Notes under the pieces: generated by a model | What the model was told of the DNA's origin: nothing | The model's input: the letters and a program-made list of their open reading frames with translations, nothing else | The model's database searches: none | Part shown: in pieces, positions 13,330 to 25,456 of the stretch | Position numbering within the stretch: the first letter of the stretch is position 1 | Layout: each line of letters opens with the position of its first letter | Assembly (NCBI GenBank): GCA_013239625.1 | Contig: MU054187.1 | Coordinates: 12,317,325-12,381,324 of the forward strand | DNA: 64,000 bases | Origin: Lama guanicoe | Lineage: Eukaryota | Reading direction: 5' to 3' | Position numbers and translations under genes: made by a program

Positions 13330-14900
13330 AAAAACTAGATTCTAACCATCTCAAATTTTCTTTAATATTCTATTTTGTGTATATCATCTGTGAATCTAAT
13401 TTTCATGATTTTTTTTCAATCTGTACTCCATCGTGGTGGTACTAATTTCCACAAGTTTACTCTCTAATGTACAAGAGCTCTTCATTATCCTAAAACTGAC
13501 TCATAAAATTCCTAGAAGCACTCTTACCCCACCCTCAATTCTAGCATGATGGAATTTGAGGAATTTATCCAAGATCCCATTTTATAATAACCTCAATTAT
13601 ATCCTCCTCCTTCCTCGGTATTAATGCTGTAAGGAATAAATATTTATAGTATACTGCGGTAAGTCCAGATACTTCATTATTTTTAATTAACAGAACAACA
13701 TATAGCATTTATCTTGGGTGTGTATAAAGCATATATTTTGTACAATGGCAAGACAACATGCTGTTCCCACACTCTTCCAAAGAATGCCTAGCTTATTACT
13801 GACATATTATTGATGTTCTTAGCACAGTATCTGCAGAGAATCTTCTACCACAGCAGATAGATTCTTATCCTGGTCTTAAGGAAATTCAGGACTCCTCAGT
13901 TAATAAATGTAATTCATACGATTTTCCCCTAAACAGACCACTGAACAGTATCCCACACTTCCCTCACTCATAATCTGCAATTAGGTTTTGTTCCTGGAGT
14001 ATTTCATTACTCAAAAAAAGGTCAAAATTGACTGTACATGCCCCTCTTTACACAATTTATAAAAATAGAAAATGAGGTTAGTACTAGCACCACCAATTCC
14101 TTGGAAAACCATAAAATATTTGGGGAAAAAAACTTTCTCCTCTAGAGAAGTGACAGTTCACAACCAACATTCACTTCCTGTTTCCAGGCCAATGTGACTT
14201 CATGAATAAACACTTCTCCGTCTTACAGGAACACAAAACATTTTATTCCTTTTGGATTAGAACCTGTAAAGTTTTTATAAAGCTTACATAAATCATCTTT
14301 TCTATTTCTCTCTCACCAACATACTCCAATAATCCCCTAAAATAACTCCAGTTTACCAATCAGGCAGGCTTTTCTTTTGTAAAACCAGATTCAGTAATAT
14401 TTTTGTTTCAAATGCCAGAATATTAGAATACAGCAAGAATAGCTGATATGTGCTTTTCTGTGACTCCTCTACAAACCTTCTTATAATGAGACCTACACTG
14501 ACAACCTATCTTTATAGTAACATAATTGGTATAAAGGGTAAGAGGTTATGCATTCTAGCAAACAACTCCATAACTCATTTGTTTTCTCGAAACTATTGAG
14601 TGAACGACTGTTATCAAGTGACTGACTGCATTTGTTTGCTAATTAAGCCAAGAATATTCTATTCTTTCAACAGTTATGTTGGCTTTTAAATTTTAAACAA
14701 AATTTTAGATAAAGATTCCATCTAAACCCATGCCTATTTTTCATCCCTGGGTATGTAATTTACACATGAACATCAATCAGTTCCAAACATTACTAATGAA
14801 TCTTTACCTGGGTTTTTTCACTTGAGAGGGTTTATTTGGGTTCATTTTTAATCTTTACAAGTAACTCTTTGATTTGATTTTGGCCCACTTAATTTCTAAT
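13330..14900 (-). mobile_element. Highly decayed CR1/L3-like LINE relic (boundaries approximate)
   Basis: The segment at ~14050-14390 shows colinear, degenerate resemblance to the reverse strand of the amniote CR1 RT region, judged from recall. Confidence 0.45.
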
Positions 14901-15052
14901 TCACATTTTGCACATTACTCTTTCTTAATTAGGCAGTTTTTTTCTTTTTTTGTTTTTTTTTTTATAGAAAGCTATCTTCTATAATCAGGGCTTCTAATTT
15001 TTCAAAAGGTCATGAGGAATTTCTACCCTAGCATGTGATCCAAATAATAATC

Positions 15053-15232
15053 TATTTATTTATATATTTTCATGGATGTATAGTTGACTTATAGTGTTGT
15101 TAGTTTCCGATGTACAGCGAAGTGATTCAGTTAGGCATATATATATTATTTTTCATATTCTTTCCCACTATGATTTATTACAGGATATTGAATATAGTTC
15201 CTTATGCTATATAGTAGGACTTTGTTGTTAAT
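15053..15232 (-). mobile_element. Cetartiodactyl-type L1 3' end
   Basis: gtatagttgactta...gtacagcgaagtgattcagtta...caggatattgaatatagttcc...tatatagtaggac. Confidence 0.8.
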
Positions 15233-18200
15233 CTTATATTTCATGCTTTTTCCAAGATAATTCAAAAAGAGATTTTTAAAATAAACACTAGTATTCAGTG
15301 ATTTTTTATATGCTTTTAATTAACTTAGTAAATATTTATTAAGCAATTACTATAGTCCAGGCAAAGTACTTGGGGTACTTGGTGTTTATAGTAGTGGTAA
15401 CTTAATCAGAGGTTAAGTACTATTATTCTTGTTTTTAAATGAGAAGGGTGAAGGTGAGAATGCAGAAAAAAAATTGCCCAATATCCCAAAGTTTACATGT
15501 GGCAAGAGTCAAAATTGGAACCCAGGTCTTTTTACTGTGAGAATTAGGCTCTTCCAACCTACACACAGACATAAAGCTAAATGAGACACAGTCCCTACAC
15601 TGAAGAAGGTCACAGGCGTGTAGCAAAACCACCCCAGCACAACATGGAAGTCCTATCAATTTTCCTAATGTCATTTTGTATTAGAAGTTTTTCTGATTTT
15701 ATTTTGAGGCTTTTCCTATGTAAATTTACTAAATTAAACCATGTGCAGTTAAATATTTACTGACCGCCTATTACTTCGAATGAACTGTAAGTGCTCAAAG
15801 TAAGGATGCAGGGCAGTTAAGAAATACATTTTACATCATGAACCGATACACACAATAACTGGAACCAAAGTTTCAGCATTTAGTATTACTACATGTGATA
15901 TACTCTCATCTATCACACTATTATTAATGCTGGTCACAGCCCACTAAATTAATTTTACAACCCACTTACCATTCACACTCCCCAATCTCCAGAACACTGT
16001 CCTATAAATGGCTGACCAGGCCAAAGCTCCACTTTTGCTTCCGACTCAATCTTATCATCCTTTATAAATGACACATTTACAGCCGACAGCACCCATAAAG
16101 GCCTATTTTGCTACTATGCATAATAGTGATATAACAGAATTCAAACCACTCTACACTTAATGTGTTCTCATATTTAATCATGCATTACTTTTAAGAGCTT
16201 CAAACTTATCCTAATTTGAAAACATTAGGTTATTAGATCCAAACTATTAATGCAAATTAAATTGTACTTTACAAATACTTTTTAACAATTAACTACCACA
16301 ACCTAGCTTAAAGTTATCACAGTGACAGTCTATTACCATTAAAGAAAACGTACTTAGGAAAACCAACCAACTTAACCAACTTGGGTGTTTAAGAAAACCT
16401 GAACCATCCTTAAACAGAGTTTAGATAGGACAACTTTTTCTTTAAAAAAAATTTTTTTTAGTCCGGGGAATCTCTTTGAGCATAATGAATGGAAGAGAAC
16501 TTTGAGATAAAAATGATGTTTACACACATTTCAAAAACTCTCTTAGGTTTATAGAGTTAAGTGATTTGACCGAAGTCATAAATGTCGTTCATCACAGAAC
16601 CTCCATAGCACTTGGCTGGTGTTGTATCAGTGGGATCTCTTTTCACTATCCTCCACATTGTCCGCATCTTAACAAAAACTCACCAGCAGCAATAACAGCG
16701 GCTAACCTTGGTATCTAAAATTCTAAGGTAATGATGCTCTGACCACACAACTGAAGTATACTTGATTATGTAACCTTGTGCACTGTCCTCTAATTTAATT
16801 CCTCTGTATATGTCATAACTCTTCAATAAGATCTTTAGATATGTCTTATAAATAAACTAACCCTTATAAACTATTAAAAACGGTAAATGTAATTTAACCA
16901 TAGAACTACTTAAAAGTCAGTTTCATTTTTAATCTCCTTAATTGCACACAATGCCTGCCAAGACTTTAGCTCTGGATTCCATCATGTTGCTGCAACCATC
17001 GAAAGAAAACCATTCCTCCTCTAAAAAAAAGGAACTGCTCTCTTTATTTACACAATCTACCCTCTCCCAAGGGTATGACAAAGGTTTCAACTGTAATTTC
17101 AAAAGCATTATAAAGCATCACAAATATTATGAAAATGCATGTCATTTTCATCTTTTCTCAGATTGTAAAGGCATTGTTTTTATAAAAATGATTTAAACAG
17201 TTATTTTTAAATATTCCTATACAACTGTGTGATGTTTTCAAACACCAAATCATAAATCTGATTGAACTTTATAACTATTTCATATTTTGTTGATAGGGCT
17301 TTAGTTTAGGTTATTCTCAAAGGCTAGAAAGAAAAAATTTCATACTAATTAACAAATCAATTAGAAAGAAGCCGTGTCTTTTCACATGGATTCTTCCAAA
17401 GGCAGTTCTAGGAGAAAATTTACAGGTGACCTGTGTGGTCCTTCTCCTTTGTAGGCAGTAACATACTCCTCAAAAGACGTGAGCTTTGTAAATGCGCTAC
17501 TTTAGCACAGGATAACTGTGTTCTACTACACAGTAATCCGAAATGCATTTTAAAATGTGGCATAACCCTAATCCAACAGTTCAGGGACGAGGGACACCAG
17601 GCCTCCATCTTTGATGAAATTGAACAATGTTTCTAAACCCCAGTTACAAAATCTCTTGACAACGGATCTACAAAAAAAATACTAGACTCTCAGATGAATA
17701 TTATTATTAAGAGTTTAATATTAATAATAAAACAAGCACTTACTTAATGCTAAAGGATTCCATGTAAAATAGTCTGCCTAACAGCAATCTTTAAAAATAA
17801 CAGAACTTTATTTACACAAGGGTAGAAAAAGATGTTTATCCTTCAAGTAGCATAGATTTTGAAAAGTTGATGTTTTATGATTCTCAGAGACTTGAACAGT
17901 TCCAATATAATGACTTTATTTATGGGAAAAATTAGGCCGATCAAAGCCTACTGTAGTTAAAGGTGTTTTGGCACAGATGTTGGTCCTCAAATGTTTGCTT
18001 TGTCAGCTGTCTAATCCACATTGACACTGCAGTAATTAGCACACTGCCTGTAATATTTTAAATACAAATTCAACAAAATTAAGCTATTATATATTGGGGA
18101 ACGAACACTGATCAAGCTATCAAATGCACTTCTTTCTCTATTGCTGTAAGATGTCAACCATATGTGTGGCACATGTCCAGATCAGCCACGCTCAGTATGA

Positions 18201-19734
18201 AGAACATGCGAGAATATTCAAAACCAGAAGACAGATTGTGCTGACCTAAGCTAATAAAAACACACAAACAGCCACCTAAAGGAGAAGAGATTCTGATGCT
18301 TGAACAAAAGAGTCAAAGTTCGTGTCTTCAACCTCTTCTAAGACAGTTATTTGTCCTTTTGTTGATTTGTTTTGACATTTACTGACTCTGTACTTTGTGT
18401 CAAACACTATTTTGGGCAGCGGGGACAGAGGGAGGAATAAAAGGAAGAGCAGGCTACCCTCTTCAAACTTCTATCTGATGGAAGATGCTAGCAGGTTCCT
18501 GTGGCGTACTGACTCTGCCTGGGGCCAGAGGCTGAGGAGGCTTCCTTCTAAGGCCATGTCCAAATTCAGCAGAAAAGCTATCAGTCAGCAGCAGTGTCTG
18601 CTACAGACACAACAGGTGGAAGACAGTGGGAACTTAAATTGGCCACCCCCATCCAAAGAATCTTTCTTCATCCTTCCGTCCTACATACACATCACGCAAA
18701 AGTTCGGCTAATAACATGAAGGTTTTCAAAGTGCGCTGACCTCTACTGTGATTCTGAATGGGCCTGAGGGGTCACCTCCACTTGAGCAGAAGCAGAGGAA
18801 TGCTGCGTTTAAATGAAACTACTTCTACACAGAGGCAAGCGTTTCCATACTCCTCTGACTAGACATATAATTACAATAATAATTTTTACCTGCCTTCTTA
18901 GCATTTAGAAAGACTACAGTGGAGAATTATTTTAAGGCCTTAGTCTCTCTTTTTAAAAGCTGATCTCCTTTTTCCTCCCAATAAATGTTCCTGTAGAAGC
19001 ACAAACAAAAACATTAAGCTAATCATTCTTCAGCGGCACGGAGCAGTAATACTGCCCGAACAGCTGTACTCCTGAGAAACTGTGAGTTACAGAAAATTCT
19101 GTTATATAAACTACTGTTCCAATGGTTTAAAATGTGAAAGGGGGAAGAATAAAGGCTGGAAAGTTTGACACACTACATATTTCAATACTAAAAGCATGTT
19201 TAATAGTTATAAGTAAGTAACTTTGGGACCTACCTAAAAGCAAGTAGGTCACAATTTCCTGCTGGTTAACCCTTTAACACCCAAGTCCCTAAAAACAAAC
19301 TAGCTTCCCTGCTAGCTGACAGACCGATCATAAAAACCAACAGCACGGCAGTAATAATTCTCCTTACATTCGTATAATGCTTTTCCAGTTTTTGAGGTAT
19401 TTTCACATTTATTACTTCATTTAACATCCAATATTTGATGGCATGATTAAAAAGGCTAGTTGTGTTCACAGAACAGGGAACATCATTAAATCTAGATTAG
19501 AGTCACCTTTCTCTGCCCTCTCTCTGCATTTTGTTGTCTCAAGTCTATTTCCTTGTCGAGTTATTATGTGTGTGCTGTCCCCCAGTACAGCTCTTCTTTT
19601 CTCCCCTACTATCCAAACATGAAGGTCATTCAGTACACGCCTGCTCAGTGAGTCCCCTGTGCTTGGAATATACTTCTCCCACATTATATTGGCTATCAAT
19701 GCTATCATTCAAAATTTATTTTAAATGTCCCTTC

Positions 19735-21500
19735 TGCCAGAGTTCAAGATCGATGCACAAAAAACAACTATTTCTATATACCAGCAATGAAAAATCTGAA
19801 AAGAAAATTAGGAAACAATTCCATTTATAATAGCATCCAAAATAAAATAACTAGGAATAAATTTAACCAACCATGTGAAAGGTTTTTATAATGAAAACTA
19901 CAAAACACTCCTTAAACAAATTAAAGACCTAAATAAATGGAAAGCCATCCTATTTTCATGGATTGGAATCTTAATATTGTTAGAATGGCAGTATTATCAA
20001 AAGTGATCTACTGATTCAATGTAATTCTTATCAAAATTCCAATAATTTTTTTTTTTGCCATTGAAGAACCAATCCTCAACTTATATGAAATTCCAAAGGG
20101 CCCCTCCAAATAGCCAAGACAATATTGAATTTCAAAAGAATTTCAAAAGTTTGGTCCACTCAACAAATAGTGCTGGGACAACAGGCAATAGGATGTCTAC
20201 ACGCAAAAGAATGAAGGTAGACACCTACTTCACACCATATATAAAGATTAACTAAAATGAATCAACAACCTATTTATCTTTAAGAACTAAAACCATAAAA
20301 CAAGATTATACTGTATAGCACAGGGAAATATATACAAGATTTTATGGTAGCTCACGGAGAAAAAAAGGTGACAATGAATATATATATATGTTCATGTATA
20401 ACTGAAAAATTGTGCTCTACACTGGAATTTGATACAACATTGTAAAATGATTATAAATCAATAAAAAAGTTAAAAAAAAAGAACTAAAACCATAAAATCT
20501 TTAAAAGAAAAAATAGTAGTAAACCTTTGTGACCTTGGATTTGGCACCAAAAACAAAAGTAAAAGCAAAAATAGATAAATTGGACTTCATCAAAATTTAA
20601 AATGTTTGTGCATCAAAGGATATTATCAAGAAAATGAAAAGACAACCTACAAAATTGGAGAAAAATATTTGCAAATTACATATCTGATAAGTGCCTAGTA
20701 TCTAGAATATATAAAGAACTATTACAACTCAATGACAAAAAGACAAAAACCCAACTAAAAAATGAGCAAAATACTTGAACAGACTTTTCTTCAAAGAAGC
20801 TACATAAAAGGCCCACAAGATGTTCAATATCACTGGTCACTAGGGAAATTCAAATCAAAACCACAATAAGGTACCACTTTATACCCAGTGAGACGGCTAC
20901 AATCACAAAAAGACAGTCATATTGGTGAAGATGTAGAGAAATAGAAAACCCCATACACTGCTACTGGGAATGTAAAATGGTGCAGTTGCTATAGAAAACA
21001 GTGTGGTGGTCACTGAAAAAGTTAAACACAGAATTACCATAGGATCCAACCATCTCACTCCTGGGTATTCACCACAAAGTAAAAACAGGTAGGTGTACAC
21101 ATACATGTTCATAGCAGCACTATTTAAAATAGAAAAAGGTGAAAACAGCCCAAATGTCCACCAGTGGAAGAATGGACAGGCAAACTGTGGTATATTCATA
21201 CAATGGAGTATTACTCAGCTATGAAAAGGAATAAACTATTGACACATGCCACAGCACGGAAGAACCTTGAAAATATTATGCTAGATAAAGGAAACCAGAC
21301 ATCAAAGGTCATATATTGTCTGACTCCTTTTATACTGAAATGCCCAGAATAGGTAATTCATGGAGACAGAACACAGACTGCTGTTTGCAGGGGCTGTGGG
21401 GACAGGGAAAGCAACTGTTTAATGGATACGGGTTTCCTTTGGACTAATGAAATGTTTTGGAACTAGAGAGGTAGTGGTTGCACAACACTGTTAAAGTACT
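19735..21500 (+). mobile_element. Old L1 (L1MB-like) ORF2 3' part and 3' UTR, internally deleted and interrupted by a younger L1
   Basis: Continuous L1 ORF2 motifs (ctaggaataaatttaaccaa, gacctaaataaatggaaag, ttggacttcatcaaaatt, tatctgataag, caaatcaaaaccacaat). The ORF at 21164-21352 resembles the L1 ORF2 C-terminus (KLWYIHTMEYYSAMK). Confidence 0.9.
20301..20478 (+). mobile_element. Young 5'-truncated camelid-type L1 3' end with a 19-bp target-site duplication
   Basis: AAGAACTAAAACCATAAAA at 20282-20300 and 20479-20497 flanks an L1 3' UTR ending in AATAAA and an A-rich tail. Confidence 0.9.
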
Positions 21501-23339
21501 AAATAAATCCTTTTCTTCTAATCAACATTGTGCTTATCATTCTGTATTTTACTTGCATTTCAAATACATCTACCTTATCCTAAAACTCCATTTTGCATGT
21601 AGATTAACTTTATCTTGCCTAATTCTGTAGTCCTCCCCTCTCCTAGTTCCTTGTTATGCCTTTTTCTCTTCCTAGACTGAACTTTACTTTGCTGGAATAA
21701 ATTTTTCTAGAATCTCTTTAGGAAGGAGGAATGGATACAAAAACTTTGAGACACATATGTTGAAGTCATCCCTACTCTGAATTGACTATAATAAATACAG
21801 TTAAGTTATTTTTTATTTGGAGTATGTCAGCATTCCACACTAAATAAATATACCTGATGTAATCAAGCAAATTTTCATGCATTTTAAATATCTCTAAAGT
21901 CAAATCAGTGTGGATGAGTAAATCATAAAGTCTAAAGTAAAATAGTAGTGATAGCTAGGGAAATGAGAAATTTGGAGTCCTCACTTTTAGCTACACGCTT
22001 AATTTTTAGACAAATTCGTTATTAGCTGAGAATTCAGCACGTATTTTTCCAGTACATTTTAATGAAAATTCACTATTTATACCTTCATATCACCTTTCAA
22101 GTTATTAAAGTCCCAAGACAAAACAACACATAAATTAAATGCTGCCCTACAAGTCTTAACTATGAATTTAATTAGCAGTACAAACAGAACCCTTATATTT
22201 AAAGGGTAGTTAATTACAGTACATGAGACTTTAAAAGAGGTCATTGGAAGATTTTATGTTCATGGTTACTTCATCCCACCAAGAGGTTTTCTTGCAACAA
22301 CACACCTGTTTAAAAGCCAGGGTTAACACAAAACCATTCATTTCCACATGATCAAAGAATTGAAATATCTTTATTATTAAAAATGTTATTTTAAAAATAC
22401 TGATTCTAAAATGGCCTTTGGCCAAACACATCTTTTTTTTAAAAGAAAGGCCAAATTAAAAAAAACATTTAAGATCAAATTAAAATTCTATGCCCAAAGC
22501 CACCGTTGCTAATAACTTTGCTTTGTTAAATAAAATTATGCTGACCCTCATACCAGTTTTTAACAGTAGCTTCTTCATTAAAAATAAAAACTGTATTAAA
22601 AAAAACTGTCTCTACAGAGCATACATTTACAATGAAAACTTTAGCTATATGAATACAACCAAACAGGAAAAATTAAATTATGTCTATGAAAGTCTAATTC
22701 ATTTTAGGTATGTGTATATAAATTCTAGCTCTTTAATGAACAAAAATGAGGACCTTTTGAAATATATTATCGCCTATTATTGATGTGAAAAGAATAGAAT
22801 ATGCTGTTATCCTTAGCTTTCCCTAAAAATGTATTTTTACAGAGCTTAGAACCAACCTATTCCATTAATACAGAAATCCAGAATAATCCATTATATGTAA
22901 ATACATTTCTAAATGTCTACCATTTGCAAATGGAATGCCAGTAGTTAAAAAGTTCAAACATTTATGTAAATGGGCTAAATATTTTACTCTATTCAGTTTA
23001 ACAGAGAAGTAGGGGTTAATTGTAATCAGAAACCAAGCCCTCCTTAGGAAGAATCAAGAGGAAATGGTAACTTTTGGAAAATCCCAAATATTTTAAACAC
23101 AGGAACATATCCAGTTTTGACAAGCTATATGGCCATGGCATAAATGCTTCCATCTTCAGTAGCTGTTAAAACAAGCAGTCCTTTCCAATTTTGACAGAGA
23201 ACAGAATTCATTTCCCCTATACAGCTGCACAGTTTCAAAGTCTGTTAAAAGTAAGTGTGACAGGATTGATTTCTTTGGAGCATAGATATTTACTGTATTG
23301 TTCTAAAGGAACTAATTCAAAAATAAATAAGGAGAAAGA

Positions 23340-23385
23340 GTGAGAGAGAGAGAGGGAGTGTGTGTGTGTGTGTGTGTATGTGTGT
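23340..23385 (+). repeat. Compound (GA)n(GT)n microsatellite
   Basis: Directly visible. Confidence 0.9.
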
Positions 23386-23529
23386 TGGGGGGATGAAGGG
23401 AGGAAGAGAAAAGTTAAAGAAAAGAGAAACAACAGGATAATCAAAACCATACGGAGTACATAATGCACCCAGGCATACTGAGATGCTTTTTTTAAGAAGT
23501 CTTTTTTTTTTTTGTATAGGATTGAAATC

Positions 23530-24455
23530 AATGCTCAGAATCATCTATCAAAGAAAAATTGATAAATGAAAAAACAAATCATGTGCTGGGAGAAAATACT
23601 GACAAATCAACACATCTGAGAAAAGACTTCTGATCAAAATATATAAAGAACTCTCAAAACTCAATAATAAGAAACCAATTTTTTTTTAATGAGCAAAAGA
23701 TTTCAACAGGCTCCTCACCAAAGAATCTATGTATATGGTGAATAAGCTCACAAAAGCATGCTCAACATCATTAGTTACCAGGAAAATGCAAACTCAAACT
23801 GCAACACACTTATTTGAAGGGTTTTAAGAAGAAAAAAAGTGACAATACCAAGTGTTGCTGAGGATATAGAGAAACCGGTACTCACACATTGCTGGTGGGA
23901 GTGCAAAATGGGACAGCCACTTGGGAAAATTATTTGGCAATTTCTTATAATGTTTAACAAGGTTACAAAAAAATTTAAATCTACCTCACAACCTGGCAAG
24001 CCCACTCCTGGATATTTATGAGAAACGAAAATTTATGTTCATATGATCTGTGGGCAAAAGTTTACAGCAGCTTTATTCATAATTGCCAGAACTTGGAAAC
24101 AACCCACATGTCCTTTAACTGATGTATGGATAAATAAACTGTGGTACAACCATATTATGGAATACTATCAGTAATAAAAAGGAATGAACTGACAGGCACA
24201 ACGGTGTGACTGCCTTTATAGGACATTCCAGAACAGGCAAAAATTATAGAAACATACCAGTGCTTGTGAGGCACAAAGAGTGACAGTTGAGGTTGGCTAA
24301 AAAGAAGTGCAGGAAAATTTGGGGGTAACAGAACTGCTCTATATATAGTGGTTATGTGACTATATATTTGTCTGTATATATTTGTCAAAACACACAGAAC
24401 TGTACACTTAAAAAATGGATTGTAACTGTACTGTTAATTAATTTATAAAAATTTT
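23530..24455 (+). mobile_element. Old L1 (L1MB/MC-like) 3' fragment
   Basis: ataaagaactctcaaaactcaataataag, gctcaacatcattag, cattgctggtgggagtgcaaaatgg, cagcagctttattcataattgcc, ataaataaactgtggtac. Confidence 0.85.
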
Positions 24456-25375
24456 AAATGCTCAATACAAGGTCGATAAAATGCTGACCATCATCAGGAG
24501 TATACTGGGAAAAAAACACTCTACTTTATTATAAACTTTTCTCCATCACTTGAATACTATATGCAATATTGTTGGGTTCATCAATGGAAAAACATAAAGA
24601 GAGAAACTCAAAAAATAGTACAAAACTGATAAAGAGAAAAGGTGTTGCCATATGGAAGTCATTCCAGGTAGAAACACAAGGAATGAAAGCAGATGTGACT
24701 TGGTCAAGTCTCTAAGACCGAGAAAAATATGAATTATCTCAGTTTTAATAATCTCAGTGGCCAAGGCCCAAACGCTAGAAAAACAGTTATCATTTAAACT
24801 TTCAAGTTTTACATTTCAGACTGAGGGCAAACTTAAAAAACTCATTCATCAAATACAGTATACAGAGAGGGGAGGGGAGCGAAAAAAGAAACAGTATGAG
24901 CAAAAACCAGAATACTTGGGGAAAATGTTTAATCAACTTTAATTTGACGATAAAAGCAATCCTGACTTTTTAAGGAAAATTACGGGTTTTTGGAGAGAAA
25001 ATATGGCATCAACTGGAAATAGAAAAAAAAGTGTTAAGAGACCTTGAAGAACTAAAGCAGATGATAAATATTGAAGTCCATAAACGGTGAAGTGTGAAAA
25101 TGCGAATAGTAGTTATTTTACTATACTCTCTCTGAGCTATCAACAATGAACATGAGACTTTTCAAGCCAGTATGTTAATCTCACAGATAATTACTGTCAC
25201 AGGGCTATCAATGAAAGAGCTAAGCCTTGAAACCCACTTTGACACCATAGCCTAAGCTCTGTGACCACTTTATTATTCCATTTCCCAACAATAAAGAATG
25301 ATTTTACACCAACAGACATTAAGGCAATATTCAGCAACTACCAGAAGGTTCTATAAAGTAAACAGAGTTTTGGGT

Positions 25376-25379
<4 letters not shown>

Positions 25380-25414
<35 letters not shown>

Positions 25415-25456
25415 GTGTGTGTGTGTGCGCGCGCGCGCATGCGTGTGTGTGCATAT
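25380..25456. repeat. (TG)n(GC)6 compound microsatellite; 77 bp of unbroken purine-pyrimidine alternation
   Basis: Directly visible; (GC)6 core at 25427-25438. Confidence 0.92.
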
